Positions 56,230 to 64,000 of a stretch of DNA of 64,000 nucleotides are shown here, piece after piece. The stretch covers positions 32,001 through 96,000 of the IMG/VR virus record IMGVR_UViG_3300024518_004461; one strand, given 5' to 3'. Positions within the stretch are counted from its first letter, which is position 1. Each line of letters begins with the position of its first letter. The DNA is from a virus. Under the pieces are notes generated by a model that searched no databases, was not told the origin of the DNA, and saw only the letters and a program-made list of their open reading frames with translations. The position numbers were made by a program, and so were the translations under genes.

Positions 56230-56526
56230 TCAGTAAAGAAGGAAAATCATATATCCCCACCACATCATCAACAATCCATAAACAAAAGTAAGAAAATACA
56301 GGATAAAAGGAATTATTTTGGTCTTATTGTTTTTGTAAAGGGCCCAAACACAAAAATTTACAACAACGAGTTTATAAAAAATGAAAAGGTAGTGGTTGCT
56401 TTGCAATAGCGAATCCATTAAGGGGTTGGCTTCGCATAGAGCACCAAATTTTATGTATTTTAGCGTAAAAAATGCGTCAATGGCGTTGAAGACTGTGAGA
56501 AGCATCAACGCAATTGGCAATCGCAT
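56230..56526 (-). CDS. DUF5658-like membrane protein
   Basis: IDAFFT...EANPLM...YKL; three hydrophobic helices. Confidence 0.65.
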   Translation of the reverse strand: MRLPIALMLLTVFNAIDAFFTLKYIKFGALCEANPLMDSLLQSNHYLFIFYKLVVVNFCVWALYKNNKTKIIPFILYFLTFVYGLLMMWWGYMIFLLY

Positions 56527-56543
56527 TTTTTTGGAAATTAGCA

Positions 56544-56762
56544 CTATAATTTTATGATGATACAACCATCCACTTCATTTTCAGGGAGGTCATCTTTCTC
56601 GATGGGTCTTAAAGGTGGTTCGGGCAAAGGAGCATACAAACGTTCGCGATGATCTTCAAGACTTTTTTTGCGCTTGCGCTCCTCCTCGATTAAAACTTCG
56701 ATTGGAACGTCTTCCCAAGGTTTTTTTCTATTACCCACATTTGTAACTATATCCCAAAACAT
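56544..56762 (-). CDS. Hypothetical protein
   Basis: 72 aa, in operon. Confidence 0.5.
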   Translation of the reverse strand: MFWDIVTNVGNRKKPWEDVPIEVLIEEERKRKKSLEDHRERLYAPLPEPPLRPIEKDDLPENEVDGCIIIKL

Positions 56763-56777
56763 ACAACCACCCTTTTT

Positions 56778-57011
56778 TTATGATTCTTTTTGTATTTCCG
56801 ATAACATAAAGTTCTCGGTTGAACCATCTGTTTTACGAATGCGAGCAAATACAAAACAACGATTTGCCCTCATCTTTTCATTATAAATTTTTATTATATA
56901 ACCATATTCTTTGGTATTCCCTAGGTGAGCCCACGAAACTAAATCACCAACCTTAAAAATATCTAAATATCGGCTACCAAAGGCATCGCCATCTTCTACT
57001 TGTTTGCCCAT
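56778..57011 (-). CDS. SH3/KOW-like small protein
   Basis: FKVGDLV...YGYIIKI. Confidence 0.55.
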   Translation of the reverse strand: MGKQVEDGDAFGSRYLDIFKVGDLVSWAHLGNTKEYGYIIKIYNEKMRANRCFVFARIRKTDGSTENFMLSEIQKES

Positions 57012-57457
57012 TGAATATAGGTATAAACACACTTGGCTGTTAAGTCATTATACCTCTCCTCACTATAATATAATGATAAGCGATCTGCTAGTTTCTTTCC
57101 TCGTCGCCATGCTTCGAGTTCTTCCGATATGCAATCCACTTTATATTTGGGGCTACGCGCTAATTGTTTATTAGTGGTGGCATAAGCATACATCCTTGCT
57201 GTGGCTGGATATGCTTTCTCGTAGTTTTCCCAGTTTGATTGAATAAGCAAGTGACCACATTCATGTAATAAAGAATAAAATTGTTTTTCTATTCCTTGGC
57301 GTGTGCTTATGTTTATAAGCTTGCTAGATGGTAACATTTCGTCTTGATTAAGATAATCTAGATCAAGTGTCCACCCTTTTTTAATAAGCCACAACGTAAG
57401 CTCGCCCATTCCGGCTTCAAATAGTTTCTTTTCTAGTTCCTTGTCTAATATAGTCAT
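56996..57457 (-). CDS. HExxH metallopeptidase-like protein
   Basis: LLHECGH...EELEAWRRG; AGGAGG RBS before 57457. Confidence 0.65.
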   Translation of the reverse strand: MTILDKELEKKLFEAGMGELTLWLIKKGWTLDLDYLNQDEMLPSSKLINISTRQGIEKQFYSLLHECGHLLIQSNWENYEKAYPATARMYAYATTNKQLARSPKYKVDCISEELEAWRRGKKLADRLSLYYSEERYNDLTAKCVYTYIQWANK

Positions 57458-57482
57458 CACCCCTCCTAATTTGGGTAATACT

Positions 57483-57511
57483 ATTATGACAGAGAATCCC
57501 CTTGAGGTCAA
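57483..57511 (-). promoter_or_regulatory. sigma70-type promoter
   Basis: TTGACC-N17-CATAAT with TG extension. Confidence 0.6.
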
Positions 57512-57556
57512 GGATAATCATTTATTAGGAATTTTTAGTTTATTAAGATTAATAAA

Positions 57557-57841
57557 TTAGGAGCAAATAGTCATAATAATACTATGACCGCTAATGTTTC
57601 CTGAATTGTTGGGAGTTGTATCCATTATCCCTGGCGTGGGATTCAGGACTAAGCCAGAATAATAACACCAGAATTCATTGGTGTCGTCATATACTCGTTG
57701 ATAATAAGTGTTCTCGCAGCCACCACCAGATTGTAATTCAGCAGCACCACCGGATGGTGGTTGTCCCGAATAAACCCATTTTACTCCTTCTTCGATTCCT
57801 ACAAAGCTTGAATCTATCGTGATTACATCAACTGCGGACAT
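57557..57841 (-). CDS. Hypothetical (putative virion accessory) protein
   Basis: 94 aa, G/S-rich. Confidence 0.55.
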   Translation of the reverse strand: MSAVDVITIDSSFVGIEEGVKWVYSGQPPSGGAAELQSGGGCENTYYQRVYDDTNEFWCYYSGLVLNPTPGIMDTTPNNSGNISGHSIIMTICS

Positions 57842-57857
57842 TTTTATTCACCATATT

Positions 57858-58841
57858 TTATAGGCTCGGTACTACATCAGCAGGTACCCAAAGGCAAGTT
57901 ATACATGCAAGTTGAATTGTGCCCGTTGAGGGCTCGACAGTGCCTCCAAGGGTGTTGAGGTTAGAATAGTTTGCCAGGTATATATCTACCAATCTCCCTC
58001 GGATTGCCCTCTTGGATGCTTCATTTCCACAAACCCATATTGGAGCTGCGATGAATTTTCCATTAATATCACTACCATTGGAGTCGCCTCCCGTCGCATT
58101 AAACATAAAATTGTTTTCCATCGAATATGCATTGTTTTGGGTAGTTGTATTCCCATCAATCCAAAATCCCTTAGAATTCGCGTTGGTTTGCATATTACCA
58201 ATACCAAACGCATTATATGTTTGACTAGGTTGCGACCAAGAATTTCCACTTGTACGAAGATATTGAAATAGAGGATAATTATCGGACGCATCGTGATCGG
58301 CTAGTTTGCTTATAATGAGGCCCCAACCGGCGCGGGCGGTGCTGTCATTGCTGTTATAAAAGATCACATCCCCAGTGGTGTTATAAGAAAAATGATATTT
58401 AACATTGGTTAAACCAGGCGGTACAAAGCCATCGGTTGTCGTCATGGTGTTTTTATTTCCACCGGCTGCGCCGATGGTGCTTGTTGTGCCTCCTGTCCAA
58501 TCTCCCGTAGACGTGTAAAAGGTACAATTTTCATCGGCGGCGGCATTCCATTCAATCGCAAAATATACTTGATTTCCAGTGGATGGATAATCAGTAGGGC
58601 TTTCTAGAACAATCCAACTATGAACTACGGCACCAGCACCATAAACCACATCGGTGTATACAGACCAGAGATCGCTTGCTGCTGTAGTTAGTCCATTACT
58701 GCTTTGAGTAACTGTCCATCCTGCGGAAACAAAAGCGTTTTTCATAGCCAACAAAATATTACCCACTTGCTTTTCAGTAGTAGTTTGATCTGCCGGAACA
58801 TTATTTTGTGAGTTGGTCCAAGTTCTTTCAAGTGTTGGCAT
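57858..58841 (-). CDS. Putative virion structural / tail-fibre-associated protein
   Basis: 327 aa, T/S/N/G-rich, AGWTV...WIVL motif; preceded by ACTATTTA. Confidence 0.55.
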   Translation of the reverse strand: MPTLERTWTNSQNNVPADQTTTEKQVGNILLAMKNAFVSAGWTVTQSSNGLTTAASDLWSVYTDVVYGAGAVVHSWIVLESPTDYPSTGNQVYFAIEWNAAADENCTFYTSTGDWTGGTTSTIGAAGGNKNTMTTTDGFVPPGLTNVKYHFSYNTTGDVIFYNSNDSTARAGWGLIISKLADHDASDNYPLFQYLRTSGNSWSQPSQTYNAFGIGNMQTNANSKGFWIDGNTTTQNNAYSMENNFMFNATGGDSNGSDINGKFIAAPIWVCGNEASKRAIRGRLVDIYLANYSNLNTLGGTVEPSTGTIQLACITCLWVPADVVPSL

Positions 58842-58876
58842 TCTTTATTCTTCTCCTGTGCTGGTAAATAGTTTCA

Positions 58877-59209
58877 TTAACTCAATACCACGCGAATTCC
58901 CTTAACTAAAGATATAGTTCCCGCTGTCGAGCCGGATAAATAAAATTCATACCAATCATTAGCCGGGATCGCTACCGCAGAACCAGAAACATCCTGTAAG
59001 CTTCCGGTAGCTTCCAAAGCAGTAACACTACTCCCACCAGTAAATCTTTTTACCTCTAGGGATGCTGTGGTGAAAGTTGCAGTTCCCATCATCGCACGGA
59101 AAGAAAAATTAGTATTTGAACCAGATAGAATTCTGGCTGATCCGACCAATGTAGAGGTGGTTCCTGATACTTCAGTATTAGTAATTAAGTCTATTGAACA
59201 TGCTGCCAT
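58877..59209 (-). CDS. Putative structural beta-sandwich protein
   Basis: 110 aa; paralogous to the C-terminal half of 59230-59844. Confidence 0.55.
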   Translation of the reverse strand: MAACSIDLITNTEVSGTTSTLVGSARILSGSNTNFSFRAMMGTATFTTASLEVKRFTGGSSVTALEATGSLQDVSGSAVAIPANDWYEFYLSGSTAGTISLVKGIRVVLS

Positions 59210-59229
59210 AATTGTACCTCTAAATAGTT

Positions 59230-59844
59230 TTAGATTTTGTATTCCACAAAAATTCCTTCTAGGCTAGATGTGGTGGAGCCATATGCGCCCGAAACATAGA
59301 TATCATACCAATCAGTATCGGTAACGCTTACCAAAGAATTATAAGTGTAGCTACATTTGGCGGCACTAGCATTAAAGGAGGTTAGTAGGGAATTATCAGT
59401 AAATCGTCTAATTTCTGCTATAGTATAAAGTGGAATCTGAGTAGTACATGCCTCAAACCCTATTTCGTTTAAAGTTCCGCTTGTTAGATAAATTGAGCCA
59501 ACATGAGTGCTACTCGTTCCTACGACTTCTGCATCCACAATTTCCGTATACCATTCTGTTCCGTAAGTAACCGGCGTATAGACTGGACTGTCTTGAGTTA
59601 TCAAGAGCATTTTGACTGTATCGTCAGGTACGCCGCAATCCCCGCGATCCCAGGCGGGCATTGAACTTCCTGGGAAAGATGAATAGGGCTGGCAGGTTCC
59701 TCGTAAGTTTTGAAGACCTCGATGACCAAACCCGAAAGGCGCGACTACCGCACCACCCGTAAGAGTTCTTTGTTGAATGGAACTCGATAAGTCTGTTATT
59801 ATATAGCCGTCTTTAATTCCCATTAAATAAAATCCTATGGACAA
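59230..59844 (-). CDS. Putative structural protein
   Basis: 204 aa; C-terminal domain paralogous to 58877-59209. Confidence 0.55.
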   Translation of the reverse strand: MSIGFYLMGIKDGYIITDLSSSIQQRTLTGGAVVAPFGFGHRGLQNLRGTCQPYSSFPGSSMPAWDRGDCGVPDDTVKMLLITQDSPVYTPVTYGTEWYTEIVDAEVVGTSSTHVGSIYLTSGTLNEIGFEACTTQIPLYTIAEIRRFTDNSLLTSFNASAAKCSYTYNSLVSVTDTDWYDIYVSGAYGSTTSSLEGIFVEYKI

Positions 59845-60239
59845 TTAGCAAAGGCAAATATACCACTAGCATTCCATTCGGTATGAATATCGTTTCCAAC
59901 ACATGGAAGATCTATCGCACCATTTGAATCGGTATCAAAGTAAGCGATGAGTTGATCCGTAGTGTCGTGATACACTACTATGTATTTAGCGTTTGATCCA
60001 TGTGTAACATTCGGAAATTCATAATTGTCTGCGTTGAAAACGCCTGATGTGATTGTGTTATTGGACAAAATGCCTGTTTGTATTTGATGCGCGGCACAAT
60101 ATGCGCTATAGTGATCTTGAACCGTTAAATTGACTGTATATCCCGAATCAAGGAGCGCAACATTGATTTGATCTGTGTCTAGATCAAGTTGTTTGTTCAT
60201 CAGTGCTGATAAGAATGTTGTATAAAGACCGTTTGCCAT
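59835..60239 (-). CDS. Phage structural (tail-associated) protein
   Basis: MANGLY...LDLDTDQINVALL...LIAYFD...WNASGIF pattern typical of phage minor tail proteins. Confidence 0.6.
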   Translation of the reverse strand: MANGLYTTFLSALMNKQLDLDTDQINVALLDSGYTVNLTVQDHYSAYCAAHQIQTGILSNNTITSGVFNADNYEFPNVTHGSNAKYIVVYHDTTDQLIAYFDTDSNGAIDLPCVGNDIHTEWNASGIFAFANCP

Positions 60240-60273
60240 TTGCTTCCCTCAACCTAAATAGTTGAGGAAAATG

Positions 60274-60582
60274 TTATTTGACATTTCTAAATGCACAATG
60301 TATTCCGCGAAAAGCTTTGCGATCAATCTTTAATTGAACTCCTTGTGCATCTAAGAAGCTATAATCTAAAATTGCGTCTCCACAACGCTCAATGATCTTT
60401 GCTGCGTCCGCTTTTGTGCTATAAACCCACACAAATCCCTCTTTTTTATCGGCATTTGCATCAATAACGTGCGATTCACCTTCGGGCCCGCCGCCTTTGC
60501 CCTTATAGTAGTTGGCAATCTCTTGTAGTGTTGGTTTCTCATTTATTAAGGTTCCCCACGCTTGCTTTTTATCTTTTGACAT
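60274..60582 (-). CDS. Hypothetical protein
   Basis: 102 aa with AGGAG RBS. Confidence 0.6.
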   Translation of the reverse strand: MSKDKKQAWGTLINEKPTLQEIANYYKGKGGGPEGESHVIDANADKKEGFVWVYSTKADAAKIIERCGDAILDYSFLDAQGVQLKIDRKAFRGIHCAFRNVK

Positions 60583-60591
60583 AATTTTCTC

Positions 60592-61167
60592 CTAAAATTT
60601 CGTAATTAATGACTCTAAAGCATAAGCTGTGGCGACAGCATCACCTAAAGCCGTGTGACGGTCTTTTTCTTCGATTTCAACACCCGCTGCTTTGAATAAA
60701 ACATCACCGGAGGCCCTATATCCTTCCACTTTGCCCGAAAGCATCAAAAATTCCAAAATAGAGCAAGTATCCATCGCTCTATCACGAAAATCGTTTTTAT
60801 ATTCCTTTTCTAGACCTGCATGACGATAAAGTCTCTTTGTAAACGCAATATCGAAAGCAACATTGTGACCGACAAGCTGAATTGCTTTCCTGTCTTTACC
60901 AAGACGCTCATTTAACGCATTCTGGATCTTCTTTACAACGATATATGGCTCATCAGCCAAATGCACTTCATTCATATCAATTTTATTGACTTTTAGTGCG
61001 GCTTCTTCAACATTTATAAAGTGTTCTTTGACATATAGGTCAAAAACCGGCTCAACTGTCTTTCCGGGTTCCCATAAAACACCCGCAATACTCAAAATAC
61101 TATTTTTTTCTGGATCAAGCCCACCCGTTTCGGTATCTATCACCAAATATTTTTTATTTTTCATCAT
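60592..61167 (-). CDS. DEDDh 3'-5' exonuclease (DnaQ-like)
   Basis: VIDTETGG, GHNVAFD, MDT, HTALGDA. Confidence 0.92.
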   Translation of the reverse strand: MMKNKKYLVIDTETGGLDPEKNSILSIAGVLWEPGKTVEPVFDLYVKEHFINVEEAALKVNKIDMNEVHLADEPYIVVKKIQNALNERLGKDRKAIQLVGHNVAFDIAFTKRLYRHAGLEKEYKNDFRDRAMDTCSILEFLMLSGKVEGYRASGDVLFKAAGVEIEEKDRHTALGDAVATAYALESLITKF

Positions 61168-61173
61168 ATTACT

Positions 61174-61202
61174 ATAATATCACACTGAACCGGCTTGATC
61201 AA
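61174..61202 (-). promoter_or_regulatory. sigma70-type promoter
   Basis: TTGATC-N17-TATTAT with TG extension. Confidence 0.5.
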
Positions 61203-62436
61203 TGTTTTTTTCTTCTATCTTTTTATTAATAATTAGGGTTTCTATACTTGAGCACCGCTTTTTGCAAATCTCGTAACTCTCAGCCTCTAATTCAACCCCC
61301 ACAAAGCCGAAATTGCCCTCTAATGCCGCTTGTCCGGTCGTACCACTGCCCATAAAAGGGTCCAGCACAACGCCACCAGGAGGCGTTACAAGATTTATTA
61401 AGTATTTCATTAATTTAAGAGATTTGACAGTAGGATGCTTATTCTCAATTGTTTTATTTAATGTTTTCTCTTTTTTTGAAGCTTTGGCGCAATAAAAGAA
61501 TCTTGAAGCCCCACCACTATCGGCATAATAAGGTTGCTCCGTTGCTTCGCCTTTATATGAACCAAATGTATCTTTACCAGCCTTGCCTTTAATCTTTCCC
61601 TTCATTTCTCCGCTTGTTAAAACACCTGTTTGGTTATCTAAAGTTTTAATAGCGCAATCGTCTTCACAATCCCATACCGCAATCGTTTCTGGTCCTTGAT
61701 CTTCTACTTTATAAGGATGCCCCGCACCATTACCAAAAGGCTTTGCTCCATCGGTAAATCTATTGATTGTATAACCTTTTCCTTCTTTGGTTCCAACTTG
61801 TGTGCAGCCTGGTTTGTGAGATAAAATAAGATTAGCAGGAAAACGACCTTTGGTATGATCCACGGGGGCTCGTTTGTTTATTCCCCCTCCGTGAATTGCG
61901 GAAGTTCCGGCGCATCCACCTTTGGTCTTATCGTTACCAAGACCGATTCTACTCGCATCAATATTAATTCCACCTGTCCCGTGTTCTAAAACATTAGCAG
62001 CAATAGTCTTTTCTGATAAAGGTTTTCTTGCTAAAATCCAATGTTCGCTGGCAGGTTTTAAAGCAGTGCCCCAACCATCAAACTCTTTTATTTTTTTACC
62101 TATGTTATGAGACTTGGGAAATCCACTTCCAAAAATGTGTGTAACAACATCCCTGATTTCAAATTCGGCATTTTCAATTGCGGTAGCAGTCCAATGACTT
62201 GTTCTGGGAATTGCCCAAACTAAAATGTGCGCTCCTGGTTTGAGAGTGCGGAAGGCTTCGGTCATAATAGATTCTAGCCAAGCAATCCATAACTTGCGCC
62301 CACCCTTATCTTTATCCCATTTTTTACCCATAAACGCGATACCTGCGGGCGGGTCAGTTACCATCGAGTCGAAAGAGTTGTCCGGTAATTTCTTTAGAAT
62401 TTCCAAAGAATCACCGTTTATAAGTGCGTTTTTCAT
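61180..62436 (-). CDS. DNA amino-methyltransferase (N6A/N4C, beta class)
   Basis: VTDPPAG, GRFPAN, HPTVKS, VLDPFMGSGTTG. Confidence 0.88.
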   Translation of the reverse strand: MKNALINGDSLEILKKLPDNSFDSMVTDPPAGIAFMGKKWDKDKGGRKLWIAWLESIMTEAFRTLKPGAHILVWAIPRTSHWTATAIENAEFEIRDVVTHIFGSGFPKSHNIGKKIKEFDGWGTALKPASEHWILARKPLSEKTIAANVLEHGTGGINIDASRIGLGNDKTKGGCAGTSAIHGGGINKRAPVDHTKGRFPANLILSHKPGCTQVGTKEGKGYTINRFTDGAKPFGNGAGHPYKVEDQGPETIAVWDCEDDCAIKTLDNQTGVLTSGEMKGKIKGKAGKDTFGSYKGEATEQPYYADSGGASRFFYCAKASKKEKTLNKTIENKHPTVKSLKLMKYLINLVTPPGGVVLDPFMGSGTTGQAALEGNFGFVGVELEAESYEICKKRCSSIETLIINKKIEEKNIDQAGSV

Positions 62437-62473
62437 AAGAGTATATTAACATACTTGGACTTAAAAAGTAAGC

Positions 62474-62497
62474 AAAAAAAAGGGGGCTATTGCCCCC
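62474..62497 (-). terminator. Rho-independent terminator (possibly bidirectional)
   Basis: GGGGGC-AATA-GCCCCC hairpin followed by a U8 tract on the minus strand. Confidence 0.8.
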
Positions 62498-62527
62498 AAA
62501 AAAATATCTTTTTTTACCTAATTTTTA

Positions 62528-63148
62528 TTATAGTGATACGCTAAGTCCAAGACCCAAAATATGAGCACTGGTCGTAGTATCTCCGATGGCGGAATTGAGC
62601 ATATAAAATGCGTTAACTCCAACCGAATTGGTAAGCGATTTGCTTACGCCAATTGTAGCACGATTGCCGGTCACACCGGAATCATCAACGAACACTTCGT
62701 CTGATACAAAAGGTGCAACACCCGCAACTGATGCGACTGCCGAAAGCGAAGTTCGCCCACGAATGGTATCTCCATCTCGCAATTCCAACTTTGACAAACT
62801 ATCTAAATTAATAGTTCCCGTCAAAAGTCGCAACCCAAGTGAAACCGAAACGCGCTGCTCACCAGTGCTTACGTTGCGATACCCAACACCAACATTAACA
62901 ATATCACTAACTTGACTAGTGACACCAATGTCGGTATGTTGTCTAGACAACGTTGGACCAGCAATATCTCCAAACCGCAATTCTTCCCCAACATTTAGGG
63001 TTAGATTTTTGGTTAGATTACCGGACACACTAAGAGTGGTCCACACTCCGGTTTCTGAAGCCATCGCCACATTACCGATCAACAACATCGTACCCATAAC
63101 GAGGGCACCAAGTCCAATTTTTTGCATTGTTTTTTTGTTAAATTTCAT
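62528..63148 (-). CDS. Outer-membrane beta-barrel protein (DUF2490-like) with signal peptide
   Basis: Signal peptide ending AMA-S; alternating amphipathic strands; APFVSDEVF, NRATIG, C-terminal HILGLGLSVSL. Confidence 0.7.
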   Translation of the reverse strand: MKFNKKTMQKIGLGALVMGTMLLIGNVAMASETGVWTTLSVSGNLTKNLTLNVGEELRFGDIAGPTLSRQHTDIGVTSQVSDIVNVGVGYRNVSTGEQRVSVSLGLRLLTGTINLDSLSKLELRDGDTIRGRTSLSAVASVAGVAPFVSDEVFVDDSGVTGNRATIGVSKSLTNSVGVNAFYMLNSAIGDTTTSAHILGLGLSVSL

Positions 63149-63160
63149 TTATTTTTCTCC

Positions 63161-63247
63161 TTATAACAAAAAGGCTAACATTAGCCCAAAAGTCGCGACC
63201 ATAGTCGCTAGGCCGATATAATCGGCTATCTCTAATTGTTTTGGCAT
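63161..63247 (-). CDS. Single-TM micropeptide (28 aa)
   Basis: MPKQLEIADYIGLATMVATFGLMLAFLL; AAGGGG RBS; its stop abuts the barrel gene RBS. Confidence 0.45.
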   Translation of the reverse strand: MPKQLEIADYIGLATMVATFGLMLAFLL

Positions 63248-63256
63248 TATTGCCCC

Positions 63257-63337
63257 TTATTTATTGCGCGAACGCAAATAAAAAAATGTTCCTACAAGTC
63301 CTACGACTATAAGAGCACCAATGACTTCAACACTCAT
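63257..63337 (-). CDS. Single-TM micropeptide (26 aa)
   Basis: MSVEVIGALIVVGLVGTFFYLRSRNK; AGGAG RBS. Confidence 0.5.
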   Translation of the reverse strand: MSVEVIGALIVVGLVGTFFYLRSRNK

Positions 63338-63545
63338 TCTTCTTCTCCTTTTGAGCAAATAGCTCAAGCTCGGGCTCATCCATATCCATCCAAAACGAAA
63401 GCTTTTCTTTCGCCCAGTGTGCATAGACACCCATCTTATTTCCGCCATTAACATAAGGATTTGGTCCTGTTTTCAGCACCAACCCATAATCACCGCAAGC
63501 GGAAACTATCATATCTCCAATTTTGAATCTATTCCTGTTCATCAT
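63327..63545 (-). CDS. SH3/KOW-like small protein
   Basis: FKIGDMI...YGLVLK. Confidence 0.55.
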   Translation of the reverse strand: MMNRNRFKIGDMIVSACGDYGLVLKTGPNPYVNGGNKMGVYAHWAKEKLSFWMDMDEPELELFAQKEKKNEC

Positions 63546-63548
63546 AAT

Positions 63549-63752
63549 TTATTTTTTACAATACTCTTTTCGACAAGGTTCATTACAAATAGTAAAACAT
63601 TTTCCAAACTCATGAGCAAAATTTATTGACCTCGCACATATATTACTACAGTCTTCAGCACATTTAAAAAAATTGTTATTGCACGTTATTTGCGGACGTT
63701 CTTCGCATTGGAAGATGTTTATTAAAATAACAAATGCTAATGTTCCCTTCAT
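63549..63752 (-). CDS. Cys-rich exported small protein
   Basis: Hydrophobic N-terminus, 9 Cys with CxxxC spacing; AAGGA RBS. Confidence 0.55.
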   Translation of the reverse strand: MKGTLAFVILINIFQCEERPQITCNNNFFKCAEDCSNICARSINFAHEFGKCFTICNEPCRKEYCKK

Positions 63753-63788
63753 GGTTTCCTTGAGTCGAGTTGCGACCTTATGAATACC

Positions 63789-63817
63789 ATTCTAAACTAT
63801 GAGGGTGAGCATGTCAA
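63789..63817 (-). promoter_or_regulatory. sigma70-type promoter
   Basis: TTGACA-N17-TAGAAT. Confidence 0.75.
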
Positions 63818-63831
63818 GGAAAAAAAATTGT

Positions 63832-64000
63832 TTAGAATTGATCTTCTTCAGTAGAGTTTATTAATGCTAAAGTTGAAGATTCTCCACCACTAATAATCTG
63901 TGAAACCCTATCAAAATAGCCTGTACCGACTTCTCGTTGGTGCTTTACAGCAGTAAATCCATTATGAACTTGATCAAATTCTTTTTGTTGCAATTCAGAA
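63832..64000 (-). CDS. aceA: Isocitrate lyase, C-terminal fragment (5' end outside window)
   Basis: ...SELQQKEF..GFTAVKHQREVGTGYFDRVSQIISGGESSTLALINSTEEDQF* matches the characteristic AceA C-terminus. Confidence 0.88.
   Translation of the reverse strand, partial: SELQQKEFDQVHNGFTAVKHQREVGTGYFDRVSQIISGGESSTLALINSTEEDQF

Noticed and set aside
1-64000. Alternative genetic code (stop-codon recoding as in some huge phages)
   Set aside because: Genes are full length in the standard code and end in TAA, TAG and TGA with tight packing

Overview
The window looks like part of a large (jumbo-type) tailed bacteriophage genome in the standard genetic code, with almost all genes on the minus strand. 1-21.9 kb is a tail/baseplate module. 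It holds a >2990-aa LamG-containing structural protein that runs off the left edge and is absent from the ORF track, gp6- and gp25-like wedge proteins, a 2059-aa protein with peptidoglycan-binding repeats, a spike-like protein and a muramidase plus M15 peptidase fusion. A phage sigma factor follows. 23.7-45.7 kb is a ~22 kb glycan biosynthesis/decoration island: RmlBCD, NeuAB, DegT/WbqC, CysC and a sulfotransferase, a pyruvyl transferase, methyltransferases, 2OG dioxygenases and many glycosyltransferases. Next come a Cas4-like nuclease, PIN-PhoH and proteases. An RNA island (49.9-51.8 kb) contains tRNA-Gly, a candidate novel structured ncRNA and a tmRNA whose pk3/pk4 region is replaced by a complete promoter+RBS+protein-coding gene, which is the most unusual feature. 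The right end encodes putative head-packaged proteins, a DEDDh exonuclease, a DNA methyltransferase, an outer-membrane beta-barrel and the 3' end of an isocitrate lyase (aceA). All family calls come from motif recognition by eye; no database searches were run.
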